This document shows, piece by piece, positions 57,353 through 64,000 of a stretch of DNA of 64,000 nt. Positions within the stretch are counted from its first letter, which is position 1, and each line of letters starts with the position of its first letter. The notes under the pieces are model-generated. The model was given only the letters and a program-made list of their open reading frames with translations, ran no database searches and was not told the DNA's origin. Where the stretch lies: positions 160,001 through 224,000 of the forward strand of contig CAWJIE010000004.1 in assembly GCA_963842885.1 (NCBI GenBank), in the 5' to 3' direction. The translations under genes and the position numbers were made by a program. This DNA is from an uncultured Nitrososphaerota archaeon. Its GTDB lineage: Archaea; Thermoproteota; Nitrososphaeria; Conexivisphaerales; DTJL01.

Positions 57353-58276
57353 TTAAACCCTGACAGGCTTGACGGTGTCGAGCAGTGTGCAGACCGAACA
57401 GGGGTCGCTCGTGCTCGGGAAGCCGCACCTCCTGCAGTTAATCACCGGCGGCTGCTCCGCCAACGGCTTCTCCGAAAGCTCGAGCGCCGACTTCAGGAGG
57501 GCGTACTTCATCCCCGGGTGCTTCTCCTCCATTTCGTTGAGGTAGGCCCTCACCTCGGACCTGATGCCCTCGTCCATGTAAGGGCAGGGGATGGTCTGCA
57601 GCGGCGTGCCGTTTCCGAAGGCGTAGAGCGCTATCTCCTTCTCGTATACCTCCAGGAAGGGGTGGACCCGCCGGACCCTGAACCCGTTGCTGCCGTCGCG
57701 GGAGGAGTTCAACCAGGTGATGCGTTTCAGGTCGCCGCTGAGGAGGTTGATCATGAAGGTCTGGACCATGTCGTCGAGGTTGTGGCCAGTGGCCAGTACG
57801 GTAACGCCGGCCTTCATGGCCGCCACGTCGATGGCCCTCCTGCGAAAGGTCCCGCAGATGGCGCAGGAGGAGAGTTTGGTGCGCCTGTCCTTCAAGGCCT
57901 CGTCAAGAGAGAAACCGAAGAGCTCCTTGTAAGAATAGAGGAGATGAGGGACACCCAGCTTCTCCGCGACCTCGGCGACGTATGAGAGGGACTCGGCCCT
58001 GTAGCCTTCTATCCCTTCGTCGATGGTCAGGGCGACCAGCTTGCTGCCGTGGCCCGCCGTTATCCTGGTGAGGATCCTGAGGAGGCTGAGGCTGTCCTTC
58101 CCTCCTGAGACGGCCACCCCGATGTAGTCCCCATGGCGGAACATGCCGTACTTGGCGATGGAGTTCTTCGTCTTGTCCTCGATGGATTCGGAGAAGCAGG
58201 AGCGGCAAAGAGACTCCCCGGAGTAAGCCCTGTGGTAGAACACATCTTTGCCGCAGTTATCACAGGTCGAGGGCAT
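57353..58276 (-). CDS. TtuA/Ncs6-family tRNA 2-thiolation protein
   Basis: Terminal zinc fingers, PP-loop 'SGGKDS', 'CAICG..RR', 'GHNLDD', 'CPY'. Confidence 0.9.
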   Translation of the reverse strand: MPSTCDNCGKDVFYHRAYSGESLCRSCFSESIEDKTKNSIAKYGMFRHGDYIGVAVSGGKDSLSLLRILTRITAGHGSKLVALTIDEGIEGYRAESLSYVAEVAEKLGVPHLLYSYKELFGFSLDEALKDRRTKLSSCAICGTFRRRAIDVAAMKAGVTVLATGHNLDDMVQTFMINLLSGDLKRITWLNSSRDGSNGFRVRRVHPFLEVYEKEIALYAFGNGTPLQTIPCPYMDEGIRSEVRAYLNEMEEKHPGMKYALLKSALELSEKPLAEQPPVINCRRCGFPSTSDPCSVCTLLDTVKPVRV

Positions 58277-58283
58277 TGGCCGA

Positions 58284-59466
58284 TCAGAATGGCCTGAAGC
58301 CTACTCTAAAAAGACTAGCTATAAGATTGGCCGCGAAGAGGACGAGGATGAAGCCGTTGACCGAATACCGAAGGTATTTCGCTACGTTCGGCCGGGAGAT
58401 AGCGCTCCAGGAAGGAATTCATGTAACCCTCGCCGTCGAAGGGGACCATGGGAAGCATGTTGAATGCCCCGACAACGGCGGAGAAGTAGCTGAGCCAGAG
58501 CAGGAAGGAGAAGATCCAGGCGGGCATCTCAGGGACGTTCAGGTAGGGCGGGTAGTAGGTTTCGCCGTAGAAGCCCAGTGCTCCTCTAGAACTGTTGTTA
58601 GGGTTCGGCAGAGTGGTGACATCGACGGTCTTCGTGACCCCCTTCGAAAGTATCTGGACAGATACGGTCTGGTTGACGGGGAGGGTGATGGCGCTCAGCT
58701 GGCCCAGATCGTGAACCGTGACCCCGTTGACCGAGGTGACGGCGTCGCCGACGCCCACCCCGGCGAGCTGAAGGCCGGTGTTCGAATAGAAGCCGGTGAC
58801 GGCTATACCAGAGGCGGGCCCATAGAACGCCGACCTGAACGGCGACGGAATCCAGTAAGCGAACGTGGGCTGGAAGATGAGGAGGGCCGCGACGATGACG
58901 GCAAGGATGATGTTGGACCAGCTTCCCGCGGCCAGGACCCTCCTCCTCTTCTCCGGCGTCGCCGCCTTGAACTCCTTCTCGTCGGGCTCAACGAAGCCGG
59001 CGATAAGTATGGCGAAGAGAGCTATCCCTCCGCTCTTCAGAGAGATTCCTTCGTAGCGAGCGACGATGGCGTGAGAGAATTCATGGACGACCAAGATGAT
59101 GGGGATGGCGGCGAAGAAGTAGATCAGGAGCTGCGAGCTCTGGATGGTTACGAAAGGAACCACCAGCGTCACGGCCTGAAACTGCGACGGCGCGAAGCTG
59201 AGACTCAGAATGTTGTTCAGGAAGAACCAGATCGAGTAACCCGCAAGGAAGACGCCTGCCACGACGCCAAGGCTGGCGAAGATGTCCACGGCCCTTCGGT
59301 ACTTCAATAGCCTGTCGAAAAACGGGTTGACGTTGCCAACCCTGAACATGAAATAGAACGGCTGCACGTCGAAACCCCTTTTCTTCAGGAACGGAATGCG
59401 ACCTATGAGGTAGAGGGCGCCCCAGAAGATGAGGAACCCTATCAGAAGCTCAAGGTAGTAGTTCAA
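58284..59466 (-). CDS. Site-2 protease (M50) with PDZ domain; frameshift near the C-terminus (about 58385)
   Basis: 'VHEFSH', 'FVEPD', 'AAGSWSN', 'FNMLPMVPFDG'; the last TM helix lies in a shifted frame. Confidence 0.88.
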
Positions 59467-59566
59467 GGGCCGTTCCTTTCACTGGGCTGCACTTTCGCTT
59501 CTATAAATGCATCGTAGGCAACCCGTGCCCGTGGGTGCTTGCATCGACGGAAAGGCGTGAGAATCG

Positions 59567-59827
59567 ATGAGCGGCGTTCCGTTCGACGATTCCGGTCTCC
59601 AGGGCCTGACGGACGTAGCCAAGAACATGGTCGTGGGCATAGCCGACTTCCTGAAGGTCATACTGGCCCAGATAACGCAGCTCATCGCGGAGATATCGAT
59701 ACCTCTGGCCCTGGTGCTAATCCTCACCGGCTCCATCCTGTACTTCTCTCAACTGAACAGAAGGCTGAGCCGAGATTTCGTCGTACTCTCCATGGTCCTT
59801 ACGATAGTTAACCGAATCTTCAAGTGA
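59567..59827 (+). CDS. Small hydrophobic membrane protein
   Basis: 86 aa with two hydrophobic segments; TATA-like CTATAAAT near 59501. Confidence 0.55.
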   Translation: MSGVPFDDSGLQGLTDVAKNMVVGIADFLKVILAQITQLIAEISIPLALVLILTGSILYFSQLNRRLSRDFVVLSMVLTIVNRIFK

Positions 59828-60888
59828 AGGTGGAGATCGGATACCTGAGGAGGGCGACCGCGCCGCCCAAGCCGTCCACCTGACCGCCCAAGAGGGTCGA
59901 AGAGTCCAAGAGGAAGACTTCTCCCGCCTTGGCTTCCACTTCGTTGGCCAGCTTCACGACAGAATCCTCGTCCGACAGCTTGAACACGGCGTCGGAGATT
60001 AGCAGCGAATCGACGGCCCCCTGCGAGGCCGCCGACTGACAGGCAACGAAGCCCATGGCCAGCCTGCCGTCGTTCTTCGCCAATGAAATCTTGGCGTCGT
60101 CCACGAGCTTCTGCACATGGCTGAATTCCGTGTCGGCGAGCAGCCCCCTGAAGGGGCTGTAGGCGAGGAGGAGGCGCACCCCGTCCTCTCCTGCGAGGTC
60201 GTAGCCATCGAGGACCACCGCGTTCATGGGGGAAGCTGGCGTTGTTGAAGTAGTTGTTGAACTGGTTCTTGAGGTTGCCGGGACCGACGAGGACGACCCT
60301 GGCATCGGGTGACGCCTGCAGTACCGTCCTAAGCAGGTCGGCGATGTTGCGGAAGTAGGCTCGCGCGAGCTTGTCATGGTCCTGCGAATAGGCTTTCCCC
60401 GAAATGCCAGATTCAATCGTGCCGTAGAACTTGAGGGTGACTCCCGTCAGGAGGCCCACCCCGGCCTCCCTAGAATCCAGAGCCACGACGATAGTGCTCT
60501 CCACCTTGCCTCTCTTGGACAGCATCCCCATCATCCAGCCGGGGTAGACGTCCCTCCACAGCGTTATCTCGGAGGTAGGCTCGACTTCGATTGAATGATA
60601 TGATCCGTGAGGGACAAGCTCGTTGTCTGACTCCACGATCCTGCCCTTGATTCTGAGCCTTCCCAAGTCGGAGTCGAAGTTCACGGACTCGACTTCGACC
60701 TTCACCTTCACGCTCACCCGCCGCCCCTTGTCAGGCCTCTGGAACTCCCCTTCGAGCTTGACCTCACGGGTGGTCCAGGACTGAACCTGGTCCCCTCTGG
60801 AGACGATCCTGCGCAGGGTCCAAATGTCCTGCGAGTTCAAAGGCTTGAGGAAGAGGGCCTTCCTACCATCGACCCAGCGGAAGAGCAA
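59820..60888 (-). CDS. pelA: mRNA surveillance protein Pelota (aDom34); frameshift near 60230
   Basis: 'DIWTL...GD.V..WTTR', 'RLRIKG', 'GSYHSIEV', 'VGPG..K', C-terminal 'GLGGAVALLRY'. Confidence 0.88.
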
Positions 60889-60899
60889 TGTCCAACAGC

Positions 60900-62091
60900 T
60901 TAGGCAAGCCCGACGGAACCGAACGACTCGATGACCATGCCGTCGGGCTTCTTGATGGCGTCAGACACCTTGTAGCCGATTATGGTCGACACGCCGGACT
61001 TGCGTTGCGATGTCCACCAGCCTCTGGGTGACTATTCCGTCGAATACGATGTGCTTCGCGCCCTTGAAGCCCTCTAGGGATGTTGCCAGTTCGCTCACAG
61101 GAAGGTGGCCCAGCACGTTCAGCTCTTCGTCCAGTATGAAGGCCTCCAGGCTGTCCTTGAGGTCCGGGAAGACCTCCTTCAGCTTGGCGCCCAGCTTCTC
61201 CGGAAGCTTGACAGTGGGCTTTGGCGCGACAGGCCTCGGAGGCGGAGCGGGCTGCTCCTCCCTTCTCTCTTCCCTTCTCTCCTCTCTTCTCTCCTCCCGC
61301 TTTCCATGCAGTATGTCCAGTAGCTCGACCGGCGTGAGGTCTTCCACTTCCTTGCCCGGCGGCGCACGGAAGACTTTCGAGACTCTGGCTACCTGCTGTA
61401 GCTCCTTCTGAATCAGGTCTCCTCCGCGGTCCCCGTCCAGGAAGGCGATTAGGTTCCGCTCCTTGGCCAGCTTGATGACCGAGTCGGGGATCTTCGCACC
61501 TTCCACGGCAAGGGTGTTGTCGACACCGGCCCTGAGAAGGTTCAGAACGTCAGCCCTTCCTTCCACCAGTATGACGGTGTCGGCGTTGAACATTCCGGGG
61601 CCGGCGGGCAGTCCCTCGGGTCCGTATGAGGCGATCCTCCCAGGCTTCGCGGCCTCCGTGACCTCCCTGACCAGCTCCTCGCCTTCGCTGGTGGACCTTG
61701 CCGACCAAACCTTCAGGATCTCCTTGGCCCTGTCGCTGATGAGCTTCCTCTTCGAGGCCCTGACGTCTTCAATCTCACCCAGCTGGAACCGTGCAGCGCA
61801 CGGCCCGACCTTGTCCACGCTCTCGACCGCGGCTGCCAGGAGGGCAGCGGTGGTGATGTCCGTGGAGGACGGTATTAGAACCTCACCGAACGTCTGATCG
61901 TTCCTGGAATTCAGGTTGATTTCGATCCTCCCGATCTTCCAGTTCTTCTGCAGCTCGTTGAGGTTTAGCTCGGGTCCGAAAAGGCCCTCCGTCTGGCCGA
62001 AAATAGCGCCAATGACGTCTGCCTTCTCTACCACTCCTTCGATGTTGAATTTCAGCCTTACCATATACTTGATAATACTCGATTCCGGCAT
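60900..62091 (-). CDS. dnaG: Archaeal DnaG (exosome-associated, Toprim); frameshift near 61000
   Basis: 'DVIGAIFGQTEGL', 'ILVEGRADV', 'FLDGDRGG', 'DGIVTQRLVD'. Confidence 0.93.
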
Positions 62092-62203
62092 TTTCCTATA
62101 TCATCTCATTCTGTTCGTTCTAACGTGTTAAGCGTTAAGCGTTAACAGCTAGAGCCTCCCTGAGCATCATAATAAACCTTTTTCAGCCATTTGTTCGTGT
62201 TGC

Positions 62204-62678
62204 CTATGAACCGAATCGTTTCAGGTCCTCCACGTGGTTGGCGAGGCCGTTCGTCATGGCCCTGATCTCGCGACGGAAGCTGGTGTCCACGTTCATCCCT
62301 CTTCTCTGGAGCATGGAGGCGACCTTCCAGGTCAGGTTTCGCCCCTTCATGTCGTAGTCAAGAAGGAGTATCACCTTGCTGGTGTGATTCCGCCTCGGCC
62401 ATGACGGCGGAAAGGGAGTTCCTCGTGTGGCAGAGCTTGAAGGCGCGTCCCTTGAAACCCAGGTGCTGAAGGGCCCTTTCGTCCCTCACCCCCTCGACTA
62501 CCACCAGCGCCCCTTCGTCCAGCTCGGCGTTGAGCTGCGACACAAGAGCGATCAGCCTGTCCACCGCCAGGGCTTCGTCGAGCCTGTTATGTCTCTCCGC
62601 GGGCAGCTTGGCGTAGCTATCTCCGGAGGCGGTGGGCTTGGCCGTCCGCCGGAGGATCTTCCTCGTCGCTTCGTTCAT
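62204..62678 (-). CDS. Small Toprim-domain protein; frameshift near 62370
   Basis: 'VVVEGVRDERAL..LG' followed, after the shift, by 'VILLLDYDMKGR'. Confidence 0.8.
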
Positions 62679-62887
62679 GAATAGAATCAGTTGGTGTGAG
62701 TCGGCTCTTAAGGAAAGCGGCCCAAGCGGTAAGGATGGATGATTATGTCCCGCCTCTGACAGCTGTTGAGTTCACAGCGGGCCTTTGTTGGCCCCCTCCC
62801 GCAGCTCTTTAACGGGACGGACGGGTGACGCCCTCGCGGACACCACGCGCCGATGACGTTCGGCTCTGCCTCGGCTTTAACCCTTTC

Positions 62888-64000
62888 CTAGGAGGAGACC
62901 TTCCGGAGGAAGGGGTCGAGCGAGACCTCCAAGATGGAGACGGGGGTGCGCAGGCCGAAGGAGAGTACCACCTTGGGGGACACCTCACCTACGACGCCCA
63001 GCCTCCTCCCACGGTAGATGCATTCGGCAGCCCGCCCGTCTATGAGGAATGGGACTTGGATAGGCCTGTACGCCGCCTTCACGTTGAACGTCCTGAGGAG
63101 GACCGTGTCGATGATGGATTTTGCATCGGTGAAGCTGGCCGTGTTGTTCGTGATTGCGGCGGCGAAGTGGAGTTCCTCTTTGACGCCCGTCTCCGTGCCA
63201 TGGGCTGGTGAAAAGACCTCGGCCATCTCGAAGACGCACTGCGGATACTGTTCGTGAATGTTGTCGGCAAGGAGCTGCAGAAGAGTGGGCACCAGCATGT
63301 CCCTCAGATATTCGTAGAGAGAGCTCTTCGAAGCGGCCACCTTCAGGGGAGACTCCTTCTTCCTTTCCATCTTCTCATAGAGGACATCTCCGCTGGTCAG
63401 AGAATATCCCATCACTTCTTGGAGGCCCAGTCCGACGGCGGACCTCCTGACGGCCTCCATGAGATGCGTTCGAGGAGGACAGGGAGCCCTTCGTGTACTT
63501 GAAATCGTAGGACGGCTGCAGCTTCTCGAATCCGTATCCGTACATCACTTCCTCTGCCAGGTCCACCGAGTGGAGAAGATCGAACCTGTAACGGGGAGCC
63601 GTCACGGCTATCTTCCCGCCGCTGGCGGCGGCGTCCAACCTGGACCTCCTGAGCGCGTTCACGATCTCCGAGTCCTTGAGCTTGAGACCCAGCCTGTTGG
63701 AGATGAGCTGGTTGGTCACGACAAAGGAGAAGGGTTCGAGGGAAGGCGTGAACGCTCATCCTTCCCCCGTCTCTCACTCCCACGCTGAAGACCTGAGCGC
63801 CGGCGTCCCAGAATACCTCGGCCAGGAGGGCCAAGCAGTCCTCAAGTACCCTCCGGTCAGTCCCAGTGACATCGATGAGCAAGTTCTTCGTCTGCGGAGT
63901 GACCTTCGTCGTGTTGCCGTTGATCACCGGGGGGAAGGACAGGACCGTCTTCTTCGCGTCGATGATGATCGGGTAAATCTCGTGGGCGGAGACCAGGGAT
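62888..64000 (-). CDS. pheT: Phenylalanyl-tRNA synthetase beta subunit, C-terminal part (two frameshifts; runs off the right edge)
   Basis: 'LSFPPVING..T.VT..T.NLLIDVTGT', 'PRYRFDLLHSVDLAEEV..GYG', 'LRDMLVP.LL', 'GEVSPKV'. Confidence 0.92.

Noticed and set aside
61255-61300. CT-rich repeat in dnaG
   Set aside because: It encodes an ordinary low-complexity ERRE linker of archaeal DnaG
1-64000. CRISPR array, rRNA, transposase or provirus
   Set aside because: No regularly spaced repeats, rRNA-like segments, or integrase/transposase/capsid motifs were seen

Overview
GC-rich archaeal chromosomal window. Unsplit RpoA and RpoB, an ESCRT-III/CdvB paralog and eL13/eL30 point to the TACK group, most plausibly a non-ammonia-oxidising Nitrososphaerota (Thaumarchaeota)-like lineage (inference). 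Housekeeping content includes the rpoH-rpoB-rpoA-rpl30e-nusA-rps12-rps7-tuf cluster, dnaG, pelota, pheT, a tRNA thiolase and SRP RNA. Metabolic content suggests an anaerobic heterotroph: group 3b [NiFe]-hydrogenase with HypF/HypA/ATPase-type HypB, 2-oxoacid:ferredoxin oxidoreductase, an ETF/FadF/beta-oxidation module, a nucleoside ABC transporter, adenine and cytidine deaminases, and a YgeW-like transcarbamylase. The most striking signal is in the tRNAs: 4 of 6 genes carry 7 BHB introns, 4 at non-canonical sites (9/10, 22/23, 30/31, 53/54). tRNA-Tyr(GUA) has three introns and a 5' leader perfectly complementary to its own 3' acceptor end, which could free the acceptor strand for splicing at 9/10. 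Also notable are eL13 fused to a ~165-aa histone-H1-like tail, C54/C55 T-loops and several deletion-type pseudogenes. About 16 apparent frameshifts, many in essential genes, are most likely sequencing or assembly errors. No CRISPR array, rRNA or mobile element was recognised.
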